This document shows, piece after piece, positions 36,779-50,083 of a stretch of 64,000 bases of DNA. Every line of letters starts with the position of its first letter. Position 1 is the first letter of the stretch. Both the position numbers and the translations under genes were made by a program. Origin of the DNA: Podarcis tiliguerta (lineage: Eukaryota); NCBI GenBank assembly GCA_965153285.1, contig OZ229115.1. One strand, 5' to 3'. Below the pieces are notes generated by a model. That model saw only the letters and a list, made by a program, of their open reading frames with translations. It ran no database searches and was not told the origin of the DNA.

Positions 36779-37690
36779 GCAAGCACAGTAAGTATACATA
36801 TGTAACCCGCTTCTGGTGCAGAGTGCTGATGTCTTCCCTCAATATAACATTTCTTTTGGAGGGCCATTGCAGAGTTCCCCACATTTGGCGTACTCTGTTT
36901 TGTATGTGATATAATGTCATTATTACCCCTCTTCATCAAGGTCAAACAATATGTGACTTTAAGGATAGGATTCAAAAACATATTTGGACTGGCCACGTCC
37001 CTTTGTTTACAAAAAGTAGTTGCAGGAGTACAAGGACCGCCAGAGTATAAAGAGTTTAATCCTAAGGCCACACATAATTTTCTCACTGAAAGTTAGCTCT
37101 GAACCTGCTGTCTTCTCCAGTGTTTGAAAAACTACAATTGGTGAGAGAGATTCCCCATGCTCACACTGTTTTCGAGGTTTTACATATTGTATTTGTTACT
37201 TTGTAAACCACTTCGAGACTATCTTAAGCATTAAGTATATAATGGTACATAAACATATAAAATAAAATAAATTTGTTTGTTTGTTTACATGAAAATATGC
37301 TCACTTCCAGAAAACACGTCAGGGAACTGGACCCAAATCCACTGCATTCCAATCTACTTTATAGAGAGTGGGAATGTGCAGCTCTCCTCCACATTTTATG
37401 CATTTATTACAGCAAATACTTTTGTACCCAGGTTGCCTCGTAAAGGGTGAAGCAATGCTGTGTGAGCTTTTGAGCACAGGCTTCTCATTTCTGAGTCCAG
37501 AACTCAATTTGGTGCACTTCATTGGCTCTTACTTTATTATCTCTGGTTCCTTTTTTAATCTATGTGATCTACTTGTGGGAAAGGTCTACAAGATAGGAAC
37601 TCAAATACTTGTTGTGCTTGAATGAGGGGAAAGAATGATGGCAGTCAGAAATCTAAAACATCCTGCATCTATCTTTTTCCTTTGTGGTAG

Positions 37691-37842
37691 GTTTTTGGTT
37701 GGAGAGGGGAACTTGAAGGTGGTGTCTATTGGGTAATTCCTTTCACCACAGGCTGTAGATTCAGAAAATCAAAAAAGCAAATTAGAAGAGAAGCCAAACT
37801 TGTACATGGAGATGGAGAAGTCACAGCTACCAAAGAGTTCCG
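37691..37842 (+). CDS. EFCAB7: EFCAB7 coding exon 8 (VFGWRGELEGGVYWVIPFTTGCRF...TKEFR)
   Basis: gtag acceptor, GTAAGG donor; 152 nt. Confidence 0.95.
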
Positions 37843-38020
37843 GTAAGGCAGGCCAGCTTTTGTGAAATTTAGGCCTTTCACATTTTAACAAACATATGTT
37901 GCTGAAAAAATTGTCTCCCAAAGAAATCAGTCTTCTGAAATGAACCGATGAGTGAGTCCAAGGGATGAAATGAAGGAAGCAGACAATCTGTTGAGCTGCT
38001 TTTTCTCTTCAACCTTTCAG

Positions 38021-38154
38021 AGCAGCCTTATCAGAAATATTTGAAATGATTGATTTGGATGGGAATGGCTTTCTCAGCCTGGAAGAGAACAACTTCTTTG
38101 AAATGAGAACTAGTGGAGAAAAGTGTGATGAAGAAGCTTGGGCCATATGCAAAG
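38021..38154 (+). CDS. EFCAB7: EFCAB7 coding exon 9 (AALSEIFEMIDLDGNGFLSLEENNFFEMRTSGEKCDEEAWAICK; canonical EF-hand loop)
   Basis: tttcag acceptor, GTAACA donor; 134 nt. Confidence 0.95.
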
Positions 38155-41100
38155 GTAACACTGAAATTATCTATATGCAAATTTAACCTCTCTATGCCCA
38201 AGTGCAGTGTCATTTATCTGAATGCCTTTGGCAACATTATTCACATAATCATATGATTAAATAGAAATGCTGATTACATAGATTCACAGTTCATTAGCAT
38301 GAGGCTACATGGAAGGAACAATATAGTTTGTTAACGGTTAATGTAGTTTGGGTGTATTCACGGGCAACGTTATTTTTCTAATGAAAATATATCTTAGAAT
38401 TCACTATCTTAAGCTCTGTGTGACATACATTGCTTTGGCATCTTTCCCGCCCTTATTGCTTTGTGCTGTTGTTACAAGGTCTTTCTATTACTTCATAAAT
38501 TCATTTCTTTCCTCTTTCTTCTTTTAGCTTGCATCTCTGTAATATCAAAGGCAGCTCCTTCAGTCCCCTGACTGTCATTTTCAGTCTCCCTGCTAGCTCT
38601 CCCATTTCCTTTTGCTTTATTTTGCTCTTGCCTGAGGTCAGACTGTAAGATGTCCCTAATAGGGGGTTATGTTGGAGAATAACAAAAAAAGGGGGCAAAC
38701 CCTCCACTGCTTTATCTCCTCATGGCTTCTACTCTTGCAGCTTCAGTAAGTCTCATGTCAGTTGTGGGGGGCATTCCAGATGGTCATTTTATTGCACAGT
38801 AAATGTACAGTTGTTATTCATTTGTTGCAGGGGATCTAAATGTCTTTGCCCTAAGGTAATGTTTCTTTTTCATTTCCCCAGCATTCAAGCAGCAATATTT
38901 TGTTAATGGGAAAATGTGATGTTTTCCTGCACATATTCTGCAGTGCAGAGCAGGAGTAGAAAAGCACAGGTCCAGGGACCAAATGTGGCCCTCAGACTCC
39001 TCAGACCTTGCTTCCTACACAGATCGCACCCCCTTACTGAATTTGTTTTGCACCCTCCTAAACTGTTGTTGTTTGGCTTGAATTGTGATAATGCCCCTTG
39101 CTTGTATGAATGGAGAGAGAGAGAGAATAAACCTCTTACTTTTGCATGGCTGGAATGTAATCTACTGTACAAAGGTAAGAGTCAAATCTGTTGTGCCACC
39201 ACTCCAGACTCTGGAGAAATATGGTTTTGTGTCAAAGGCACCAGTTGATTAACATACATGACTTCACCAAAATACTTCCCAGCACATTTCCTGCATTATT
39301 TTGTAAATCTTTTTTATTTTAAATTACTTCTAGACTGGTATAGAGACAAGAGCTTTCCATGTTAAAATGAGAATTCATATAACCTACCATCCTCCTCCAC
39401 ATAAATGTCCTGCTACTAGTGTCCACCATGTTTTGAAATCCAGTGCTGAAGTATCTTCCACTTTTAGAAAGAAAATGGGTGGAATCATAGAATTGCAGAG
39501 TTTGAAGGGACCCTCTGCAATGAGGGAATATTCAGTTGTCCCATGTAGGAATCAAACCTGCAACCTTGGCATTAGCAGCACTGCGCTCTAACCAAATGAG
39601 CTACACAGGTTCTATTACATAAAAAAGAATATTTAGATATTGGCACTCAAAGGGGGAAGGGAGGCAGAATAGATTTGTGATTGCATGAAAGGGCCCATGT
39701 TATGCTGGCTGCTTGGTCATCATAATCATTCATTCATTCATGTCAACTGCATTTTTTAAAAAAGTTTTATAATGTGTTCATGCCTTTAGAAAAATCTGGC
39801 TGCATAAATGTTCCTATATATGTAGATATATTTCATTGCAAATAAAATTTCAGGAGGTTCACGTAACCGCATTGAAAACTATGTCTGTTCAGCATGTGTG
39901 CACAAATGCATGCCACCTCATTCTCCTTAATGTTGGGAAGTGCGTAATGAGTTCATGCATGGCAGGAATTGCATTTCCAGACATGGAAGAGAATTGAATT
40001 AGCCCTTACTCACCCAGAGTGCTGTATGTTCTCAGTTTTGAATTTTTAGATTGTAAATACGTTTGAGAAAACTATGACCATGCATGCCTTCTGAGACTTT
40101 CATCTAAGCATTCAACTATTCATAATCCACAGACATAGTTCAATTTATTGTCACTTCTTATTTGGCCTTCAGTATCACAAATTAGGAATTGCATGCTAAG
40201 AATAAATGATCTCGCACATGGATGATATGAAGGTAAATTCATTAATGCTTATGAGAAACTTCGTTATTATTACAGCACAAAATAGAAACTGGAATTAATG
40301 AGGTGTACCAGTAGACTTGCATCAGCTTAAACAGACATTTTAAAGGCTGCGGTGCTTTGTTAATTCCGGCTAAAATATTCAGCATTTGACAGATCCAGTT
40401 TCATATTACTCTGTAAAATCTTTAGAGCTTTTTATGTTTTCATTAAGGAGCACAAATTCAGACATCCTTTATATGATGGCTTCAGTCCAAAGGACCATGT
40501 GACTAATTCCATATGCCCAAGGGAAATTGAAATTGAGGGGACTTCCATGAAGATCTCAAAATCTGTTGCTCAAAGAAGGGAATTATAAAAATCTCACTGG
40601 CCATGCCCAAGCCTTTGGGCAGACATAAAGTTCTCAACTTTGGCTTTGCATTTTGTGCATTTGGTTTCTTATATATTTGAGAGTAGGGGACACAAGTCAG
40701 AGAACAAGGGAATGTATATCCCTTCCTCATTAATTCTTACATTTTCTGGAACAAACACAGCAACAATACTTAGAAGAGATTAGCCGGCCCGTCAAAAGGA
40801 AGCAACAGCAAAAGCTGTGAATAGATTACTTGGCAATTAATCAGCTGGAGGGTTCAGATGAACCTCATAAATCTTGAGAACAAAGTTCAAGCAGTTTATA
40901 ATAGCACCTGAACCCTTAGATTTATTCATTTGGTAATCTCTTTTAAATAATACATAGTAAAGAATTAGCATTGTAATGAAGATGAGAAATCCATTTTTAA
41001 ATATTCTGTGCTTTAAGAACATTTTAATTTTGTATTTGCTTGATGACCTGGTTTTCTAGCAAAAAATTGCTAGAAGAATTTGCTGAATATTATTGGAACC

Positions 41101-42189
41101 ATATTACTTCTCAAAAATCAAACTTATCTAAGATATGAGCTCACAGCATCCATAACATAAAAGCCTCTCTCAGTGATGAAAGTGAATGGTAATTTCATAG
41201 ATAAAAATAGTGGCATTCTTGTATCAATCCAATTCTCATACCAAGGATTGCCATTTGGTTCCCGCTCCACAATTATACACGGCAGAAGACTGTAGACATT
41301 GTTTATATACTGTATTCATTTACTTTGCAATACCTTGTCTTCCACTGATTTAAGAGCCAATATTTTGTTTATTCTTGTTGCTGAAGAAATTGAGGTTACT
41401 ACTGATCTAGTTTGCTGTTTCCAAAAATTGGGATTGGGCATTAGCCTCTTTCATGCATCACAGTATATCATAGTTAATAGTTTACCATAAATGTGCCCAT
41501 CTTGGCCTGTAGAGTATTCCTACATTGGCCAATTTGCTCTTCCCTGCTTGCCCTGGGAAGAAGAAAGCCATAAGAGACCATACAATGAACCACAATTTGT
41601 GGCCAAGGTTTTTATTGATTTGCTGATAAAACTCCACCCACTGCCTCAAATAATTTCAAGAGAAACTCATTAAATTTGTCATTTCTTGCATGTTGAGTTT
41701 TCAGTGAAGACAAAAAAATAACTTTGTCATGTATACATTTCATAACAAATTTTCTGAAACACAAGGATGCAAAATCTTTATAATTACTGAAATATATATA
41801 CTAGGACTGGGGAATCTGGTATATACGACAGCTCCTGTCTTCCCTTATTATTTCCTTGATGGCTGGGGATGATGGGAGTTGCAATCCAACAATATTAGGA
41901 GGGCCATAGGTTCTCCACTGCTGATGCAAACATTGCCATCAAAGTGCCGGTTCTTCACAGAGTTTCACAAATCAAAAAGACACAGGCCTGCCTAAAGGAG
42001 CTTACAGTAGGAGACAATGTGAAGAAAGGAAGGAAGAGAAAAGCTAGGGTGGCAAACAACAGAAGGAAAAGAGGGATGGGAAGGGCCAAGGGATGAAATC
42101 CAATGTTTGTTTCTCCTGAATACAGGCAATTTTGATCGTTTCCACTGTAGCCTGTGAAAATATTTGCCTTATGTTTTCTTATTAAATAG

Positions 42190-42338
42190 AGAATTTTGAT
42201 ATGAAGAACAATGAACTCACAAGACAGGGATTTATGGATCTGAATCTCATGGAAGCCAGTCAACAAGGCAGGGATCTTAGCAGCCTCTGGATGACATTGC
42301 AGTCAATGGGCTACAACAAAGCATTGGAACTGACTGAG
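42190..42338 (+). CDS. EFCAB7: EFCAB7 coding exon 10 (ENFDMKNNELTRQGFMDLNLMEA...SMGYNKALELTE)
   Basis: aatag acceptor, GTATGG donor; 149 nt. Confidence 0.95.
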
Positions 42339-42475
42339 GTATGGTAAATGTTGGGCAAGGTGAGGGGGAAGTAGCCACAATGTGCAATTGTAATGTTTTT
42401 GCTGCATTGGGCTGATCTTAGGTTGAACCAGTTACAAAGTTGTAATGTAAGTATGTGCTTCAAGCTTTGCACATT

Positions 42476-43128
42476 ATCATAGAATCATAGAATTGAAGAG
42501 TTGGGATGGACCCCAAGGGTCATCTAGTCCAACACCCTGAAATGAAGGAATCTCAACTAAAGCATCCATGACAGGTGCCCCTCCAATCTCTGCTTTAAAA
42601 ACCACCAATGAAGGAGAGTCCACCAACTTCCAAGGTGGTCCCTTCCACTGTTGAACAACTTTTGCTGTCAGAAAGTTCTTTCTGATGTTTATTCAGAATC
42701 TCCTTTCTTGTAACTTGAAGCCATTGGTTCAGGTCCTACCCTCTGAAGCAGGAGAAAACAAGCTTGCTCCATCTTCCATGTGATAGTCCTTTGGATATTT
42801 GAAGATGGTTATCATATCTCATCTCAGCTTCCCTTTCCCAGGCTCCCTGAAACTCCCTCAGCTGGCCCTCATAAGGCTTGATTTTCAAACCCTTAGTCAC
42901 CTTCCTCTGCACAAGTTCCAGCTTGTCAATATCCTCCTTCAATTGTGGCACCCAGAGCTGCACACCGTATTCCAGGTGTAATCTGACCAAGGCAGAATAG
43001 AGTTGTACTATTATTTCCCTTGATCGAAACACTGTGCTTCTGTTGATGCAACCTAGAATAGCATTAGCTTTCCTTGTTGCTGCATCACACTGTTGACTCA
43101 TGTTAAGCTTGTGGTCTATTAAGATCCT
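42476..43128 (-). mobile_element. CR1 LINE 3' end
   Basis: ORF 42736-43101 MSQQCDAATRKANAILGCINRS...LYSALVRLHLEYGVQLW is the classic CR1 ORF2 C-terminus; (ATTCTATG)n tail. Confidence 0.92.
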
Positions 43129-43555
43129 ATTAAGCTTTTCAGATGATGCGAAAACTGAAGCTCAGAATATTCTCTGGCATGCATATGCATATGCCACCTC
43201 TTCAGATATTGTCCATGGCCATGTAAGGATAAGTAGTTCCCAATTATAGCTTGGAAATAAGATCAAGGTCCATTTCAGTCATCAGGGGAGCACAGCAGGC
43301 TGCTCCCTGCTCCATTGTTAGCATTAACTGTAGTGGAGCATTATGTAGCATTGTCACAATCATAGCTTATACTAACCAGGGAAGGAGCTTTCAAGGCTTT
43401 TAAAACCAATTGCTGTGCCTATCTTGCAGTTTTAGGTCATCAAATAGAACAGATCTAGGATCATTTTCAGATTCCCCTACCCAAAAATTTAAATTTGGTT
43501 TCATTGAATAGATCAAAATATGATATCTACAATATCATACCCCCCTTCTTTATAG

Positions 43556-43765
43556 GCATGCCCCTTTTCCATTCGCGTCTATGCAGAAAAATGCAAACCC
43601 AGGATTCAACCTGTTTGTCTGGAAGCAGGTGGTGAGCAACTTAAGACAGCCATTTGTATGAGCGTGGCTAATAAAGGAGATGCTAAGCCGATGGATGCCA
43701 GTGAAAATATAGTTATTTACACTTATAAAAGTGATACACGGATCACATCTGTTATTGGAAACAAG
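43556..43765 (+). CDS. EFCAB7: EFCAB7 coding exon 11 (ACPFSIRVYAEKCKPRI...ITSVIGNK)
   Basis: tatag acceptor, GTATTG donor; 210 nt. Confidence 0.95.
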
Positions 43766-45930
43766 GTATTGTATGAAATATATATAACAGGAACAGCCCT
43801 TACATAAGCATTTCCTTACATTTTTTTTTGTATTTTTACCATTGACTTATCACAGTCAGACTGGGACCAATCTAACCCTTCTCGTTCAGGGTCTTTGTTG
43901 TCAATGACTTGAGCTGGACTCTCACGTTGAAGCCAGACATGCAGTAAGCAGTAAATTCTGACCAAGCAAAGCCAGGAAATGAGGTGTGACTAGGTCAATG
44001 GGACAGTGCTATGTTGCTGCCTTCCTGACTGTGTCACTGCTGTTTACAGGATAAAGGTGGGGCAGGGCGATGGCAAGGTCAGAGCTGCATGGGCACTCCA
44101 GTGGAGCCAATTGGGTGTTCTTGCCTGTTTACTAATCAGCTCCAGTCAGCTGATGGGCCCAGAGAGGCATCAATTGGAAGTCCCTTTGCAGAACAGCTTG
44201 TTACTGAAACCACTTGTAAATGGATTTCATAGGTGATCTCTTCTCAAGTTGTTGCCTAACATCTTAATGTTGTCAGGTGATTGACGCCAGCTACATCTCA
44301 AAGTTGGGTAGGATGCAGGGTAAGTTCCCCACTTGTAGCCTAGATTGTCAGCAAACCTGTGATAGGCTTTCCCCTTTGATGATCGTTGTCAGCATGCTGT
44401 CAACCTGGACTTGGGTGGTGGGGAGCCTGCCTAATGACCAGTTCACCATATCCAGATTTATACTAGGTTTACAGCAAAGAAAGGGAACAGGTTTGAATTT
44501 AAGGATCAAATGGATCGTGTGAATTGGCCTAATGAACACTCTTCATTTCTCCTTCCTGATTTCTGTGTATATATTCAGGAACTAGAAAAGTTAGTATATT
44601 GGGCATTTCCATTGTATATTTTGCCATTTATCTTTACTAGGTTTATTTCAACTCATTACAAGTTTTCATATATTCAGTATCCATATTAGTGAAACATTTT
44701 ATTGCCGACGAATTCCATTCCAAATAAGCAATGAAATATTAAGAAATGAAAAAAGGAAAATAGCAAACAGCTAGTCTTCAGTGTACTCTATACTTAATTA
44801 TTTATCCAGGCTAATCAATATCACATTAGCTCAGTAACAGATAAAAGCAAATAGACCAAACTTTCTGTAGTGTTCATTACAAATGAAATTTAAGGACCTT
44901 CTGCGTACGATAAAATATGCTTACCATAATAAAATATTTCTAAGCACTTTGTTTACTAAAACATGCTATAACAAATGGCAATCCGTTTAAACCTGAGTAG
45001 TCCAAATAACAAAGGTCCTCTTGTCTATATTTCCCTCTACAACAGCTTTAACCACTTAGTTGCCAACAATCCCACCTTAGACTATAAATCTGCTCCATTT
45101 TTTATTTTAAATCTGTTGATGTGAAGAACATATGTAGAAAATGGAGTGGAGGATAACCATGTATGCTGTCCTTAGCTCCTTGGAGGGAAGGTGGGAAGTA
45201 AATGTAACAAACAATATTGATGATAATAATGCTTGTTGGTTATTCAGGGCCATTATGACCACCATGCAGGTTGCCTGGCATGACATGGTTTAATGCCTGG
45301 ATATTTCTGTTTCAGCCACTGCACCGCTGAGGAATCAAGCAACTTTTAATTTAAAGTTCAACCTTGCTTTCCTCTTAAGCTGTTGCAGTGAGTTTCTATC
45401 TCTTCAAAAATACACAGATGCCCACTAATAAGCCCTGGAGCCTGAGAATTATTGGCCTATAAACACAATGATGACATTCACAAACATTCATGATTTCCTT
45501 GGCCAGTCAACTCCCAAACCAGCCTTTGGCAGTACTGAACTGCCGGCGAAAGACCATGACACAACTGGAACAAACCACTGTCAAAACCACTATTTTATTT
45601 TTCTTACTGGGTTTTTTAAGGCTAGAGATAGGGACATAAAAAGCCATACATAGTTTTTAAGAAGCAAAACAAAAATAAGTTGATCTGATATTGCTGGTTG
45701 AATTTAAAGATGGGCCCTGGGCCTCAAGGGGGTTGAAAATCACTGCCCTGTATAGCTTGAGTTAAAAGCAGAGCTCCCATAGATAATACTAGGTTTATGA
45801 TCTTTTCAATGGACAGTATTTAGATAATTTCTTAATGGTCTTGTTTTTTCTTGTAGTGTCATTAATATTAATCCCATGGATTGATACTACTCTGAATGTG
45901 TTTATGCTAAAGTTCCTTTTCTCTTAACAG

Positions 45931-46038
45931 TCTGAAAGCAAAACAGTAATTCACCTCAACAATGAGCAAAGTAGAAACTGTGTCAGTAATAGAGGGCTCA
46001 ACACTTTTGCCGTTGAAGTGGCATCCAACTCCATGATG
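45931..46038 (+). CDS. EFCAB7: EFCAB7 coding exon 12 (SESKTVIHLNNEQSRNCVSNRGLNTFAVEVASNSMM)
   Basis: taacag acceptor, GTAATT donor; 108 nt. Confidence 0.95.
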
Positions 46039-47494
46039 GTAATTGCATCTATTTATTTAAGATTATTTAAGATATTCTGCCTTTTGACCTGTCAGGGTCC
46101 AAAGGGCAGTTTACATGTTTTATTACATTTTTCATGCAGTTTACAACAGCATGAAAAATGTAATAAAACAATACCACAAACAAACCAGGGACAAAACTGA
46201 TGCTGTTTAAAGCTGTGCAGTAATACGCTGTAAACAAAACGTTATACACAACCATTTATGTCCTGTTCTTTAAAAACATTTTCTTGTAGACTTGAACACG
46301 TGAAAAGAAGAAAAGTAAATTTTTAGGAAAATCTAGACAACACTAGACTTTGAAAATACATTTTGTGTCCATGGCTGGGTATTGGCATTCATCATAGCCA
46401 AATATGTATTTATTTCATGCTATTGATAGATTTGTTTTCCTGTTCTACAAGTTTGCACAATGCTTTCAAAGTACAGGATAAACTTCATTTCACGACATCT
46501 TAGATCCAGAGTTATACACATGGATCTCACAATAACAATTTTCAGTGTTTTCCCCAGTGAACTGCTCTCCAAAGTAAACCCCCAAACTGTTCTCTAAATG
46601 TGGATGTTTTGGTACAAGAACAGCTGATGGAGAAACTGCCTCTAGTGTCTATGCCTGTGGCTTTTTCTGTTCTGTTTCCCTATTACATATGACCCAGCTG
46701 TCACTGGTTCCCAGGTATAGTACTGAATTTTTGGTAACTATACTTGATAAAGCATTCTCCCTGCTTTTGCCTTGAGGGTTCCCTTTTTGAAATTTTGTTA
46801 GCACAAGTTGCCAGACTTGTCATTTTTCAGACTTTCGCTCCCTTCACGGAGTCACTAGAGTTCAGTCACTTTGTGGGAACGAATGCATATTACTCATAGT
46901 GCACATCCACTTAAATACATGCATATGAGCATTGAGGCAGCATGCAGTGCACAGCCCACCATTTCACACATTGCAGCTGCAGAGGTATATTTTGAATGGC
47001 TTGTCACATATTGTAGAACAGTTATGTTTTTCATTAACCAAAAGTCTAGGCTTTTCACAATAGTAGATCAGGGTTTTCACAATGTGTAATAATGGAGAAA
47101 GGATGCTTGACCAGTAATCCTCAGTGGGTGGAATCCACTTGGTCCTCCTTGTGCTTTTGCTCTAGTTGGAAGTGTCACTAATGGAGGGATGGGGTGATTT
47201 TTTGCTGATTTCCTTCTCCCCCCAGCAGTTCCCAATGCTTCCTCAAAAATATGGTAATTATGTAGAATTCTAGAGGTAAATCTCTAGTGTATTTACAAAA
47301 GTCAAAACATAGATGCAAATCTATAACTAGTTATAGGGGAAGTGTGGGATAAACATTCAAATCAAGAAAAATAAATGGTGTGTGTGTGTGTTAATATATG
47401 CTAGGTAACTATCAACACTTTCCATAGTCCTTGCACAATATAAATCATTTTTCTCTTCAAATTGTTATTTCCTTTTTCTGCTTTTTGTATGCAG

Positions 47495-47569
47495 GTCTGT
47501 CAGCATGTGATGCCACAGAATGAGCAAGAAGAATGGATATACAGCTGTGTTTATTCTATCTTGCCTTAA
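47495..47569 (+). CDS. EFCAB7: EFCAB7 terminal coding exon (VCQHVMPQNEQEEWIYSCVYSILP*)
   Basis: tgcag acceptor; TAA at 47567-47569; summed CDS 1887 nt = 628 aa with no internal stops. Confidence 0.95.
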   Translation, partial: VCQHVMPQNEQEEWIYSCVYSILP

Positions 47570-48593
47570 GCTATCATAGGTAGGAAATGGTATTCTCTTG
47601 GTCCTTGTAGAAAAGATTCAATCTTGCACTACACGTTGATACATGGATGGCTTGATTTATCTCATCATTTTTAAAACCAAGAATCTGTTCCTCATTTTGG
47701 ATTATTGTGGTTATCTTTTCGAGAATCTATCACAAATCTTCAGCCTTTGCCTTTCTGTACAGTTTCATACATAAGCAGGGGACTTAACAGAGGTGGCCTG
47801 ATCCAAAAAACACGCTCTAATATTCCTAGACATTTCTGTGCATAAAGACAAACATCAGAGTGCAATATGAAGATGATGCCTCACATCAAAGTTTCTTCGC
47901 TCCACTTTCAAAACTGCAGCTTTCTGTGATTGCAAAGCTGGCTGTGGCCTTTTATCTGGGATTTGGGTCTGAAATGGTCAATCATGCATTCATAATCTTA
48001 AACCTGTACTATTGCTGCATGTTTGTGTACAACTGGTCATGAAGACTCTGCAAAAACTGCACCTGTTCTATAATGAGCAGGTCCACCTCATTCTCAGTCT
48101 TGTGAATAATATAATCAGTGCATTGTCTGTGGCATCCATTGCCTGTGCTATCCTTCCTGCAGGTGATGGACTTGACCTACAGAGCCCTTGATAGCTAAAA
48201 TCCATGATATTTTAAATATTAACCCCTCATTTCACAATGTCTAAGATATACCAAGAGGGTCCAGTTGATTATAGCATGTATGTGAGGAGACCATAGAATG
48301 AATTCACAGAGCAATATTTGCAATGGCTCATCCACAAAAATTAACTTAAATTTTTGAAGAGTAGCCAAAACCTGAGTTTGCCATCTTTTGGAAGCAATGT
48401 GAAAACATTTTATTTGTTCTGGCTTTGGGTGGTGAGAATTAATACAACAATAAGCCATATTTAGCATGACTATTTTTATGACAGTCTTAATATGTGGAAT
48501 ATATATTGGGTTAAGACCAAGTAAAGAAACTGAGTTTAACCCAGTTGGGGCATGAGAATTGTAAACTGGCATAAGCTTGCTCACCTGAGCTGT

Positions 48594-48599
48594 AATAAA
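48594..48599 (+). terminator. Candidate EFCAB7 polyadenylation signal AATAAA
   Basis: First canonical AATAAA I could find downstream of the stop codon (about 1 kb 3' UTR). Confidence 0.35.
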
Positions 48600-49288
48600 C
48601 CAGGCTGTGTGCACTTTTATCAGTTCCTCCCCTCCATTCTAAAGAGTACATAGATTAAGGCTAGGACGAGACTTTTGGTGCCTAAACTAAAGAAGTAGAA
48701 AAGCGGCTTTTGAACTGATTGGGGAAAGCCTACAGGAGCTGAGAAGTATTGGCTCAGGATAAAACATCCCTAAGAGATGTGGGTGAAAATGTTTGATTGT
48801 CGAAATGTGAGAGGATGATACCAAATGCCATAAGGTGAAAGGCATATGCCAGAGGCATTTGGAAAAAGAGAGCTGGCATAGGTGTTTATATGCTCATGCT
48901 AGAGATTGGCTAGAATAAAGATGGATGGACTGGAGTGCTTGGTATTAAAGGAGAGCATGGATACAGAGAGCACAATGGAAATGTGGTAGGCATGGTATGA
49001 GATACGAACACTATACAGTGGATAGGGAAGGGCACACTGGAGATGGTGTTGCTCTGTACCTCAGTGATGTTGAGTCAAGCAAACTAGAAATCCCCATAGG
49101 GCAGACTCCTTCATGCAATTCCTGTGGGTGGCAATACTGGGCCCAAGAGTAATATAGGAATGCAGGAATGCAAACTTTGCCACACACACACACACACACA
49201 CGAAAAAAGTATCAGGCAGACAATCCAAGATGCAAATTAATAATTCAAGGACCACATCATTAAAGCATTAAGATCAACAATAAATAAT

Positions 49289-49563
49289 TTTACAAATTAC
49301 CTAAAAAGACGACAAAATGATCTGGACTCCTTCGCAGGTTTTGAATAAACATCCACAAATTTATTAGTTGAACACATAATAAATAAGGCAAGGATATGTA
49401 CAGTTTTATAACATGCAGAGAACAAGATGTGCAAAGAAATCAGAGGGGAGCTGATGGAAGTCCTTGGGGGGGGGAGGAAAAAAGGGGGGGAATGATGTAA
49501 TTGACTATTTGGCCTGATAATTTGTTATGTTGAAATTGTTTAATAAAAATATTTTTTTAAAAA
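49289..49563 (+). mobile_element. L1-like 3' fragment with AATAAA/A-rich tail
   Basis: Flanked by an exact 19-bp TSD aagatcaacaataaataat (49270-49288 and 49564-49582); short coding tail then G-rich UTR and AATAAA. Confidence 0.7.
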
Positions 49564-50055
49564 AAGATCAACAATAAATAATATTGAATACATTAAAGGA
49601 GGAAAGCAGCTAGAGAGGCGGTTCAACTGTTGGATGACAAAGGAGTCAAAGACATGCTAAAGGAGGAAAAGAAGATTGCATAGATGCAAAGAATTCAATC
49701 TTCACCGCAAACAATGTAAGAGATCCCTGTGCTTTAGCTAACTTTCTAAGGAATGGAATCTTGGGAACTGAAATAAACAGTGGTGACAAGAGATGAAATT
49801 CTAGACTTTATTGATGAAATAAAAACTGCCAAATCAGCTGATCCATAGGGCATCCATCCATGAGAGAAATTAATGTCTGTCATGGGAAAACTGGTGGAAA
49901 GCATTGTTATAGCTAGGATTGCCAAGCATATAGAAGAATAAGTCTTGCTGAAGGAGAAACAGCATGGGTTCTGCAAGAGGTAAGTCTTGTCTAACTAACC
50001 TTTTAGAGATCTTTGAGATGTTAACACTTTGAGCATATCCATTAGATATTGTATG

Positions 50056-50083
50056 GTGTGTGTGTGTGTGTGTGTGTGTGTGT
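50056..50083 (+). repeat. (TG)n microsatellite
   Basis: Seen directly. Confidence 0.95.
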
